NCBI GenBank assembly: GCA_041391725.1
Contig: JAWKNL010000032.1
Location: forward strand, 1,550 to 65,549
Length of the DNA: 64,000 nucleotides
Direction of reading: 5' to 3'
Source of the DNA: Bacteroidia bacterium
GTDB lineage: Bacteria > Bacteroidota > Bacteroidia > J057
Position 1 is the first letter of the stretch; every line of letters begins with the position of its first letter. The notes beneath the pieces were generated by a model. The model did no database searches and was not told the origin of the DNA. It worked only from the letters and a program-made list of their open reading frames with translations. A program made the translations under genes and the position numbers. This document shows, piece by piece, positions 19,859-29,355 of this stretch.

Positions 19859-20507
19859 GGTCGGGATTGTTTGGGTGATAGCGGTCGTCTCCCCAGCGTT
19901 GGGGATTTTGCCGGATATAGAATTCGACGCGGTCATAAGAGGCCTGGTCGCGGATGATGTGGTCATAAAACCGTTCCTGCCAGTTAAAATCAGGGGTGGT
20001 TTTCCTGATTTCAAAGGTACAGCGCCCCTTGTACCAGCGCATCACGCGGGATAGGTTGTCGTACAGCATGGGGTTGTGGTGGCCGGTGATGCCGCCGGGA
20101 TCACGGACGGTTGTATGATCCGTAGAGACGCGATTAATCGCGTCTCTACCAGGCGGATCATCAGGATGATCGATGATCACGATGCCGTGGATGTGATTGG
20201 GCATCACGACCCATTCCCCCAGACGGGCATAGGGAAATCGTTCGGGGATTTCCTGCCAGTGCCGTGCCGCGATTTCGCCTGGTTCGGACAATTGGACGCG
20301 GAATTGGGTTGGGTCGGTTGGTTCCGTTGGTAGAGACGCGATTAATCGCGTCTCTACAGGGGGATCGGTGATTGGTACGACGTCCGCGAAATGACACCGG
20401 TGGTCTATGACGCAAATGGTGACAAAATAGGCGGCGTTCCAGCCGTAGTCCCACCAAGGGGCACGGGCGGAGGGGATTCGGTATTTGCCGTTGAATTTTT
20501 CTGCCAT
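19845..20507 (-). CDS. REP-associated tyrosine transposase-like (Y1/HUH, IS200-like fold)
   Basis: YFVTICV, HUH motif MPNHIHGIV, NLSRVMRWYKGRCTFEIRK, WQERFYDHIIRD, catalytic-Tyr region FYIRQNPQRW. ATG lies 2 nt after the hsdM stop. Confidence 0.8.
   Translation of the reverse strand: MAEKFNGKYRIPSARAPWWDYGWNAAYFVTICVIDHRCHFADVVPITDPPVETRLIASLPTEPTDPTQFRVQLSEPGEIAARHWQEIPERFPYARLGEWVVMPNHIHGIVIIDHPDDPPGRDAINRVSTDHTTVRDPGGITGHHNPMLYDNLSRVMRWYKGRCTFEIRKTTPDFNWQERFYDHIIRDQASYDRVEFYIRQNPQRWGDDRYHPNNPDHDDA
20122..20149. repeat. 28-bp perfect palindrome GTAGAGACGCGATTAATCGCGTCTCTAC (copy 1)
   Basis: Read directly. Lies in the RayT ORF and is translated as RDAINRVST. Confidence 0.95.
20330..20357. 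repeat. 28-bp perfect palindrome GTAGAGACGCGATTAATCGCGTCTCTAC (copy 2)
   Basis: Identical to copy 1. Lies in the RayT ORF but is read in another frame as VETRLIASL. Both copies are preceded (coding sense) by GATCC(G/C)CCT. Confidence 0.95.
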
Positions 20508-20509
20508 GT

Positions 20510-22843
20510 CTATTTCCCTAAAATGTCCCTGATCAGTCCATCGCTTTCTTTGTCCAGCGCCAGGATTTCGGCGCTGACTTCCTCTATACTCCGCAGGGGC
20601 TTATGCTGGTAGAAGTATTTATTGAAGCTGATTTCATAACCGATTTTGGTTTTGTCGAGGTCGATCCAGGCTTCGGGCACGTGGGGTTTTACCTCGCGCA
20701 GGAAATAATCGTAGATGCTTTCTTCCAGCGGCACATTTTCGCTGTCGCGGAGGTCGGTTTGGTTTTCGTAAATGATGTATTCGTCCCTGTTTCCGCTGGG
20801 GTAGTATCCAAAGTCAGGCAATTGCGCCACCGTACAATCGAGGTGAAACAGGAGTTGGTCAAGTTTCTCACCACTGAGCTTTTGGGTTTTTTTGATCACC
20901 TTTTCAGCACTTTCATCATACCAGCTCACAGCTTGCAGGATGGCATTTTTTTCACTGGCAGAAAGTTTGGATTTACTCGCTTTGAGGTTCATCATCCACC
21001 CATTTGGCAAACACATTAAAATCGCTGTATTCCTGGTTGCCAATGGTTTCCATCAGTTTTGTGGCAGTGTTTAATATTTCTTTTTGTTTTTTCCATGTAG
21101 CAGCAGACGTGAGGGTTTTGCGCTTTTTGGCGTTCAGATCGATGTCGTTTTTCTCGCACCATTCCGGGAGTGCTTTTTCAATAGACTTCAGGTCTGAATA
21201 CACCTTTTCGCCAAAGGTTTCCAGGCCCATTGCATCGGTTCTTTGAGTGTTTTATCGAATCGAAGATCCGCAATACGTTCGGTAAACTGCGCTTTCAGTC
21301 TCGCCGGGCGGTCAATGGTTACTTTATAATATAAATCACTGTTGTTAAATACTATGGCGGCCAGGCCGTCTTCGCCTTGCCGCTCAATTGTTTCAAAATT
21401 CAGATACGCATCCTGGATTTCTTTGATGTGCTGTGGGCTCAATTCACAGTTTTTGTTACCCAGGTTTTTGCGCAGTTTGGCAAAACGTTGGGAAGCATCA
21501 ATGAGCAATACTTTGCCTTTACGCTTAGTTTCTTTATTGTTATGCAATAGCCAGATATACGTAGTAATACCTGTATTATAAAACAGGTTGTTGGGGAGTT
21601 GGATGATGCAGTCCAGCCAATCATTTTCAATGATGTATCTTCTGATATTGCTTTCCACCACCGGCATCACCCGTAAACAGACTGGAACCATTGTGTACCA
21701 GGCAATACGCGAACCCAGTGGGCTTTGGTGGAGGGGCTTCATTTTATTGACCATCTCCATCAGGATGAGCAATTGCCCGTCAGACGAACGAGGGGTAGCA
21801 TCCGCTTCTTCTGCATTATCCCAATAATCTTTTAGGGTAACCACAAAGCAGGGTCAATGATGCTGTTGCCGTCTTTGATGTATTTTACTTCGCTGCTCCA
21901 GGACTTGCCATAGGGTGGATTGGAGAGCATGAAGTCGAAATTGTGGCCGGAAAACTCATCGGTGGAAAGGGTAGAACCCACGCGGATATTTTCAGGGTTG
22001 TTGCCCTTAATCATCATATCCGATTTGCAAATGGCGTAGGTTTCGTCATTGATTTCCTTGCCGTATAAATACACATCACCCTTAGCACGGATTTCGCCTT
22101 CTTCGTCTTTGATGAAATTCTGCGATTCAGTCAGCATGCCACCCGAACCACAAGCTAGGTCGTAGATGGTCATCACCGGCGGCAATTGATCTTTGATCGG
22201 GTCAAACACAATATGGGTCATCAGATCAATTACTTCACGGGGCGTAAAGTGTTCTCCGCTTCTTCGTTGTTTTCTTCGTTGAATTTTCGGATAAGCTCTT
22301 CAAAGACATACCCCATTCCGAGATTGGAAAGAAGGGGTTGTTTTCTTCCGTCAGGGTCTTCTTTTCAAAAGGAGTGAGGTTGATGTGAGGAGAAGTGAAT
22401 TTTTCAAGGACATCGAGAAGCACATCTTTTGAAGCCATGTGCCGGATCTGACTTTTGAGCTTAAATTTCTCAATAATTTCCTTCACGTTTTGGCTAAAGC
22501 CATTGAGATATTCTTCAAAGTTGGCTTGCAAAATTTGCTGGCTGTTGGTAGCAGTTTCACATAGTCTTTGCAAAGTCCATTCGCTGGTATTGTAAAATAC
22601 ATAGCCACTTGCATCGCGCAGGCCCGCTTCGTCACATTCAGCAAGGCCGACTTCGTCTCGTTGGAAAGCGAATTCTTCCAAAACGGCTTCTTTGGTAGGT
22701 TCGAGCAAAGCATCTAATCTTCTCAAGACTACCATGGGCAGAATAACGTCTCTGTATTTCCCTCTTACATATACGTCTCTAAGACAATCGTCCGCTATGG
22801 ACCAGATAAAGGATATCAGTCTATTGTGTACAGATTGGTTCAT
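20510..22843 (-). pseudogene. hsdM: type I R-M DNA methyltransferase subunit, broken by multiple frameshifts
   Basis: HsdM_N start MNQSVHNRLISFIWSIADDCLRDVY..VILPMVVLRRLD. GEHFTPREVIDLMTHIV. DLACGSGGML (motif I). FDFMLSNPPYG (motif IV). NNLFYNTGITTYIWLL. C-terminal GYEISFNKYFY. These are spread over at least 6 frame segments (ORFs 22235-22843, 21832-22221, 21188-21844, 20973-21230, 20510-21043). Confidence 0.85.
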
Positions 22844-22990
22844 TCTTGCTTTCTATTTAAAATCAGGTTTACAATCTCCCAAAAATCCCCCATTCCCCCA
22901 AAATATTTTCCGATGTATTGCCTGATCGGTGGTTTCCCCATAAATGCGTATCTTTCTGCCTGTAAATTGCGCACGCTAAAACAAAATGTA

Positions 22991-23728
22991 ATGAATACGT
23001 TTTTTTTCAGGCTGCTTCTCGCTACACTCCTGACCGGAACTTTCTGTGTGGAGGCACTTGCACAGAAAGAACCTGATATTCACCTCAGTTCCATCCGCCA
23101 TTCGCCCTACAAAAAAGTAACGGATGCCGGAGTACAGGGAGACAGCGCGTTTCTTGAATACGCGATCCGAAACCTGCTCGACGGAGCGCAGGATATGATA
23201 TTTATTTCCAACCGCGACCTGCTCACGCCGCTTTGTGTCAAACACTGCGGGGCCGCCGAAGTCATTTTTCACGATACGCTCAGGGGAGGAATTGAAGTTG
23301 ACATTCACCTGAAAACCATTCCTTTTGATTCTACTACCCACACTTACACCTGGTTTGAAGGAGAGGACAGCCTGGTGGAGACCATCGACGGCCTGCCCGC
23401 CTACGGTGCGCTGAAGGGAAAACCCAGACAACGCATTGATTCACTGGTAATTTCGATTGATGGGAAAGTGCTTACCATACCGCGGGAGGCATTTGCAGAT
23501 TTGTACGACCCGAGCCTCTGCGATGACGGATTGTTTTTGCAGCCGGCCATGGTTTATCCCTCACTCAGCGGGAAGTTTTTGTATCTGTATATCTTCGGCG
23601 GGGAGGGGGTGAATACCTATTTTGCCAAGCTGATATTTGACCGGGACAGATATCTGAAGAAAATTGTGGCGGAGTACGACGACCTGATTCTGTTTGACTC
23701 GTTCCGCTGGGATTTTATCGGATACTAA
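22991..23728 (+). CDS. secreted hypothetical protein
   Basis: Start moved to the ATG at 22991, giving signal peptide MNTFFFRLLLATLLTGTFCVEALAQ. No family recognised. Confidence 0.55.
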   Translation: MNTFFFRLLLATLLTGTFCVEALAQKEPDIHLSSIRHSPYKKVTDAGVQGDSAFLEYAIRNLLDGAQDMIFISNRDLLTPLCVKHCGAAEVIFHDTLRGGIEVDIHLKTIPFDSTTHTYTWFEGEDSLVETIDGLPAYGALKGKPRQRIDSLVISIDGKVLTIPREAFADLYDPSLCDDGLFLQPAMVYPSLSGKFLYLYIFGGEGVNTYFAKLIFDRDRYLKKIVAEYDDLILFDSFRWDFIGY

Positions 23729-23751
23729 TTGCCGGGCTCATATTTTAGGAC

Positions 23752-24057
23752 TCAGACGGGCATATCCATTTCGTGAAGAACCAGAACGATGAGTACCCGG
23801 TCGCGGAAAACCTGGAAAATGACCACAAATTCTTCGGCAATGATAGCTTCACGGTAGTCACCGGCGCCGAGTTTTATGGTTTCACAGAGGGGAAACTGCT
23901 GGGGGAAGCGGGGGATTTCATCAAAACCCACGTCCAGAAAATCGTTGATAAACAACTCTGCTTCTGCATTTTCACCTTCGGACAAAAAGTAATTATAAAT
24001 TTCTGCGACCTGTAAGCTTGCAGTTTTGGTCAGGACAACTTTTCTTTTTGCCGCCAT
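23752..24057 (-). CDS. ParE/RelE-superfamily toxin
   Basis: ~100 aa with a ParE-like pattern (A..QV.EIYNYF......AE.F...F......I..FP..FP.......YRE......FVVIFQV..D.V.IV.VLH). Confidence 0.6.
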   Translation of the reverse strand: MAAKRKVVLTKTASLQVAEIYNYFLSEGENAEAELFINDFLDVGFDEIPRFPQQFPLCETIKLGAGDYREAIIAEEFVVIFQVFRDRVLIVLVLHEMDMPV

Positions 24058-24344
24058 TGGGGATTTTGTTGGAAAAAAACAGATGCAGAAATCTCGCCAC
24101 TGGCTTTAGCTTCGCGTATGAGTGCGTGAAAAGCCTCCCTCGTCATCGGGCCTTTGGATGGGTATGATCGTTTTGCGTCAGAGACATTCGATTTTTCTGT
24201 CTCAGCTACCCTTTTGATAGCCCCTACCAGATGATAGATATCTGCAGCAAGATCGGGGTTTCCTTTTACGTCCACCCGAATTTCCGTAATATTTCCTTTG
24301 CGGTCTTTGATCAGTTCAATTCCCTGCATTTGACTAGAATTCAT
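24030..24344 (-). CDS. putative antitoxin partner of ParE-like toxin
   Basis: Small ORF immediately upstream whose 3' end overlaps the toxin start by 28 nt. Start taken at MNSSQMQG. No fold recognised. Confidence 0.45.
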   Translation of the reverse strand: MNSSQMQGIELIKDRKGNITEIRVDVKGNPDLAADIYHLVGAIKRVAETEKSNVSDAKRSYPSKGPMTREAFHALIREAKASGEISASVFFQQNPQWRQKEKLS

Positions 24345-24375
24345 ATTTAAAGATATACATTTCCTGAGAAAAAAC

Positions 24376-26646
24376 CTACTCTTTGTCTGCCAGCAAATCA
24401 TTTTGAAACAGTGAAGAAATCATCACAAACGCTTCCTGGTTTTTGGGGGCAAAAATGGCTTTCCTGATATTTTCCTTCTCCCGCTGAGTCAGATGAAGGC
24501 TGAGTGAGGCGGGATTATCATTAGTTTCACGGGGATACTGGATGGGAATAACTTCCACATATCCGTCATACCATTCTCTGACAAACTCCAGCAGATAATC
24601 GTTGGACATATCCCTTGATTCGGTCATAGAATAATATCCGCCACCCAATGGCGCCAGCATCCGGCCTGCGATTCCTTTTCTGCTTTTGTCTTTGATCGGG
24701 TCTTCCCTTTCATTGTCTCTGATCTGTACGAAAATGACTCCTTCGGTATTTTTTTCAAACCACTCGCGAAACTCAAACAGATAACGGAGTGCCGTAGGTG
24801 TGCCGTAGTTGTCAATCGCCCCGGCGTCCATTACTTCCATCGGCGGCGCGCTCGGAAGCTCTACGATGGGCAGCACATACGGGAAAGTCGCATTCATACG
24901 GAGAGCGGTTGTCATAAAGAGCGAATCGGCCTCCTGGTTTTCAAACATGCGGCGAAACTCTACTCCTTCCGATTTTGATACATGGCGGTCTGTAATATGA
25001 TTGGGGCGGGTGAGAAACGAAACCGGGGAGGATGAAATATAGAGTTTCCGGCCCTGATTCAGGATGGATGGCGTAAGGATGAGCGGAGGTATCGTACCTG
25101 CTTCTTCGGCGAGACGGTAGTCTCCCAGCCTTTTGCCGGCTATTTCGGGAAGGTTGATGGCGAGTTGCTGATCAAAAGAATAACCGGTTTCCCTGTCATA
25201 GCGTTTTTCGCCAATGTCTATTTTGCGGTTGGGCAGGAAAACGTCTGTGTACATTTTGAAAAAGATCCGGTTGAGGAGGTCTTTGGATATATTTTCCTGA
25301 TACTGATTATCCTGAATGGTTGGGATCGCACCCATATTTCGGTTCATGGCCAGTTCGCGGTAATAAGCGAGGCCAAACATACCGCCCGAAGCGCCTGTCA
25401 TCAGCCTGATTTCATCATATATCCGACCTTCGGTCAGGCTGTCGAGGTATTGCATCGACCGGAAAGTCCAGAATGCCGAACGCAACCCGCCACCAGAGGC
25501 AGTGACAAATACGGCCTTAGGTTTGGCGTAGGGGCCATATTTCTCCTGGTAATTGGTTTTCCACTTTTCCAGCATGGCAAGGGTTTCTGCCCGGTCGCTG
25601 TTGTAGATGCGTCTGGTGGTGATAGAGTCCAGCTTTCCCCGCGAATAGCTGGCTGGCTCGGTTTCATATTCAAGACCAAAAGCCTGATTTTTTTCGCTTA
25701 GAAAGTCAACCTTGTCATAGATAAAAAGTCCTCCGGCAATCACAATCAGCGTAATTATCCCCGACCGGTAAACCCAGAAAGTAATAGCGCCGATAATCAT
25801 CATGGCCAGGGAGCAGAATAAAAGGAAACTTGCAGCAGCCGGAAACTGGAAATACCGGTTTCCCTCAACGAGTCCCAGTCCTGCAATAAACAGGAAAGTC
25901 AGAATCTGCATGAGCAGAAGTTTTCCGTGGTGCTGATGCAAAAATGCCACTACGTTATAGAGCTCGGGTTCGGGTGCATGATCGACCTTCCTGATATGAA
26001 AAGGGAATGTCACATAATAATCTGTACGCTGCGGGTTGCGGATGCTGGCACGGGCTTTTCCGATAATCAGCCAGCGGTTGCGGCGGTTTTTTTTGCCGGT
26101 AATGCCCTCTTCAAGTTTTTTGCCGTAACGCTGGATGAATGACCGGTTGGCAAAAAAATAGGTTACAGAAATCAGAAACACCAGCCCGACTCCCATCAGG
26201 AGACCAATCGTTTTTTCGACCACCAGCCAGGTCAGGCCATCTGAAACAGAAATATGGTAGCGCAAAAACCGCCAGAAATATATCATCAGGAAAAACCCCG
26301 GGATCAGCATATTGTTGAAGGCAAAAGTGTAAAACGGGCTGTGCGTCTTTCCTACAAAATGGAATTTATGGCTTTCATTGATATAAACCGTAATCATGTA
26401 GGCAAACAGAAAGGCGCCCAGGGCAGAACCCACAATAAATACACTCCAGAAATTTTCCCTCCCCAGATACTCCGGATCGAGAAAAAGATGGTAACCGCCA
26501 AAACCTTTTCCGATAGCCCCGGAGATAAAGCCCAGCGGAATCAGCCAGAAAGCGATAAGTGTCTTTCTGTGGTGGATCTGCCTCACCAGTAGCTGTACCG
26601 GGAAGGAGAAATATACCGCTGATATGATATCTCTCAGTTTGTGCAT
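24376..26646 (-). CDS. patatin-like phospholipase with large N-terminal polytopic membrane domain
   Basis: ~300 aa of TM helices, then the patatin motifs SGGGLRS (oxyanion), GASGG (GxSxG) and DAGAIDN (catalytic Asp). Start uncertain (26646 vs 26739). Confidence 0.7.
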   Translation of the reverse strand: MHKLRDIISAVYFSFPVQLLVRQIHHRKTLIAFWLIPLGFISGAIGKGFGGYHLFLDPEYLGRENFWSVFIVGSALGAFLFAYMITVYINESHKFHFVGKTHSPFYTFAFNNMLIPGFFLMIYFWRFLRYHISVSDGLTWLVVEKTIGLLMGVGLVFLISVTYFFANRSFIQRYGKKLEEGITGKKNRRNRWLIIGKARASIRNPQRTDYYVTFPFHIRKVDHAPEPELYNVVAFLHQHHGKLLLMQILTFLFIAGLGLVEGNRYFQFPAAASFLLFCSLAMMIIGAITFWVYRSGIITLIVIAGGLFIYDKVDFLSEKNQAFGLEYETEPASYSRGKLDSITTRRIYNSDRAETLAMLEKWKTNYQEKYGPYAKPKAVFVTASGGGLRSAFWTFRSMQYLDSLTEGRIYDEIRLMTGASGGMFGLAYYRELAMNRNMGAIPTIQDNQYQENISKDLLNRIFFKMYTDVFLPNRKIDIGEKRYDRETGYSFDQQLAINLPEIAGKRLGDYRLAEEAGTIPPLILTPSILNQGRKLYISSSPVSFLTRPNHITDRHVSKSEGVEFRRMFENQEADSLFMTTALRMNATFPYVLPIVELPSAPPMEVMDAGAIDNYGTPTALRYLFEFREWFEKNTEGVIFVQIRDNEREDPIKDKSRKGIAGRMLAPLGGGYYSMTESRDMSNDYLLEFVREWYDGYVEVIPIQYPRETNDNPASLSLHLTQREKENIRKAIFAPKNQEAFVMISSLFQNDLLADKE

Positions 26647-26883
26647 AAGAACAAATAGCCGGAGGGGAAAGAAGACAAAACGAACGGCTTCGTCTCTTAA
26701 CCTTACGGTATAGAAACAGATCATCCGGCACAATTCCACACCGGAAAAATAATTTTCATAACGTAAATTATCCCCTTGTAAGATATTCTAAGTTTATATA
26801 CGGCAAAAGTGCGGAAAGGGTAGCCCGATCCGCACACAAATAATAACTTTTCAGACGCGAAAATTCAGAAAACGCCCACGGGC

Positions 26884-28265
26884 TTACCCGACCATGTGCT
26901 CGGGAACGACGATTCTGTCAAACTCATCTTCTGTCAGATAACCCAGTTTTATTGCGGTTTCCTTCAGCGTCGAATTTTCGGCGTAAGCGGTTTTTGCAAT
27001 TTTAGCGGCCTTATCGTAACCGATATGCGTATTCAGCGCAGTAACCAGCATCAGGGAGTTGTTGAGGTTTTGCCTGATTCTTACATAGTTGGGTTCGATA
27101 CCGACAGCGAGGTGATCGTTGAATGATTCACAGGCGTCTCCCAGAATGCGGGCCGACATCAGGAGATTGTAAATCATGACCGGCTTAAACACATTCAGTT
27201 GAAAATGGCCGTGTGTACCGGCTACGGCTACGGCAGCATCATTGCCGATAACCTGGGCACAAACCATTGTCAAAGCTTCTGCCTGGGTAGGGTTTACTTT
27301 TCCGGGCATAATGGAGCTGCCGGGTTCATTTTCGGGGATGAGGATTTCGCCGATACCGCAACGGGGCCCGGAGGCGAGGAGGCGGATATTATTGGCGATA
27401 GCCATGAGGCTCACTGCCGCGCGACGGAGTGCGCCCGAAGCCTCCACGACGGCGTCGTGGGCTGAAAGCGCCTCATATTTGTTGGCAGCGGTGACAAAAG
27501 GATGGCCCGAAAGTTCTGCGATCACAGCGGCAACCCGCGCTGCATATCCTTTGGGGGTGTTGAGCCCGGTGCCGACTGCAGTGCCGCCCAGCGCCAGTTC
27601 GGTCAGGTGGCGGAGACTGTCTTCGATGGTCTCCATGCTGCGCTGCAATTGCATAGCATAACCCGAAAACTCCTGCCCCAGGGTCAGTGGCGTGGCATCC
27701 ATCAGGTGGGTACGACCGATTTTCACCACTTCCATAAACGCCTGTGATTTGGCACTCAGGGTTTCCTGAAGTTTTTGATACGGGGAAGGGTATGCGTGGC
27801 AATCAGATCATAAGCCGCAATATGCATGGCCGTAGGGAAGGTGTCGTTGGATGACTGCGATTTGTTGACGTCATCATTGGGGTGAATGGGCGTTTTGCTA
27901 CCCATTTCTCCGCCCAGTATCTCAATGGCCCGGTTGGAAATTACCTCATTCACATTCATGTTGGACTGGGTTCCCGACCCGGTCTGCCACACTACGAGGG
28001 GAAAATGGTCGTCGAGTTTCCCGGCCAGAATTTCGTCGCAAACCTGCGAAATGACTTTTGTTTTATCTGCCGAAAAACCGGCAAGCTCAGTATTGGTGAT
28101 AGCTGAGGCTTTTTTCAGAATGGCGAATGCGCGGATAAGCTCAATGGGCATCCGGTGGCCGCCAATTTTGAAGTTTTCTACTGAACGCTGGGTCTGAGCG
28201 CCCCAATACTTGTCTGAGGGAACTTTTACTTCCCCCATTGTGTCCTTTTCTATTCTATAGCTCAT
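26884..28265 (-). pseudogene. fumC: class II fumarate hydratase split by a single -1 nt event at a homopolymer
   Basis: N-terminal ORF 27756-28265 ([28 protein letters not shown]...) and C-terminal ORF 26884-27735 ([35 protein letters not shown]). The frame [22 protein letters not shown] continues upstream if the T5 at 27772-27776 were T6. Confidence 0.85.
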
Positions 28266-28294
28266 ACGTTTTTACTTGTTTCTCCTGAATTTTC

Positions 28295-28343
28295 TCCGAC
28301 GGTGTCGGTGGCTGAGGCTCCCGAAGTCACCGACACCGTCGGA
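28295..28343. repeat. 16-bp perfect-stem hairpin (tccgacggtgtcggtg / caccgacaccgtcgga, 17-nt loop)
   Basis: Read directly. Lies between the lipoprotein gene stop (28348) and the fumC start (28265). Confidence 0.8.
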
Positions 28344-28347
28344 AATT

Positions 28348-28797
28348 TTATTTCAACCGCAGATCATAATAATCTCCTTCTGTGAGGAAGCTAAGCCAAA
28401 GCGCGTCTTCTGTAAGGCGAAGAATATCCATATAAAGAAGTCTGGTTTCACCGCTTACAGGATCTTTTGCATCAAACGTAATTTTGATCTGCTCTTTTAC
28501 ACTTGCCAGTTCCCAGTCACCTGTGACAATCACCGGGTCGATCTGCCCCTCTTTCTGGATTGTCCAGGTCAGTCTTCCCGCCTTACTGAAGGTCATGGCG
28601 TAAACCGTAAAATCTTTGGTTTCATCAATATCGTTGCGAAAAACCGCTTCGGCGCGCCAGTCGTTGGCTACACGCGACTGCTTGGAGAGAAAACTAATGG
28701 TTGGCCCATCTTCGTATTTTCTGCATCCGCTGAAAATAACTGTGAAGGAAAGAAGAAGGATAGAGATTCCTGCGATGATCCGGTTTTTATTCATCAT
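28348..28797 (-). CDS. lipoprotein, unknown function
   Basis: Lipobox signal MMNKNRIIAGISILLLSFTVIFSGC. Confidence 0.6.
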   Translation of the reverse strand: MMNKNRIIAGISILLLSFTVIFSGCRKYEDGPTISFLSKQSRVANDWRAEAVFRNDIDETKDFTVYAMTFSKAGRLTWTIQKEGQIDPVIVTGDWELASVKEQIKITFDAKDPVSGETRLLYMDILRLTEDALWLSFLTEGDYYDLRLK

Positions 28798-28893
28798 ATT
28801 TGGTTTTTATTGCTGGCGTACAAATATAGTAAACTGTCCCTTTTGACGGATTATTTTTTAGGTAACGAAATTTAGCGTAAAATTTGCACCGCT

Positions 28894-29355
28894 ATGGAAT
28901 CCGAAATTCTGAAAAAAATCTACCAGTACTGCGCCTATCAGGACCGAAGCACGGCAGAAGTCAGAAAAAAACTCACGGAGTGGGATGTTTCCAGAGAAGA
29001 ACAGGAAAATATTATCGCTCATCTGGAAGCAGAGCGTTTTCTGGATGAAGAACGGTTTACCCGCAGTTTTGTCAGAGGCAAATTTTTTCACAAGTCCTGG
29101 GGCCGCACCAAAATCCGCCATGAACTACGCCTGCGCACCATCCCGGCGGCTGTTATTGAGCGCGTGATGAATCAGGAAATTCCCCCCGAAACCTACCAGC
29201 AGACCATAGAAACACTTATCACACGCAAGCGCAGCGAATACCGCAGCGATTCGCCTGAAAAACAAAAGGAAAAAATCTTCCGGTTTTTGCTTCAAAAAGG
29301 ATTCGAAAGTGCGTACATTCTCCCTGTTTTACATGCCGATGCTGACGATGATTAA
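28894..29355 (+). CDS. recX: RecA regulator RecX
   Basis: KIYQYCAYQDRSTAEVRKKL...HLEAERFLDEERF..SFVRGKF, with the three-repeat helical pattern typical of RecX. Confidence 0.8.
   Translation: MESEILKKIYQYCAYQDRSTAEVRKKLTEWDVSREEQENIIAHLEAERFLDEERFTRSFVRGKFFHKSWGRTKIRHELRLRTIPAAVIERVMNQEIPPETYQQTIETLITRKRSEYRSDSPEKQKEKIFRFLLQKGFESAYILPVLHADADDD

Noticed and set aside
20076-20457. ORFs 20076-20333 (+) and 20161-20457 (-) that also contain the RDAINRVST peptide
   Set aside because: The peptide recurs only because the 28-bp element is a perfect palindrome. These frames lack the Y1-transposase motifs, which are found only in the 19845-20507 frame.
27756-27790. Programmed ribosomal frameshift in fumC (and in the TonB receptor at ~47985)
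   Set aside because: There is no X XXY YYZ slippery heptamer with a downstream structure, and these families have no known recoding. Simple homopolymer length change is the parsimonious explanation.
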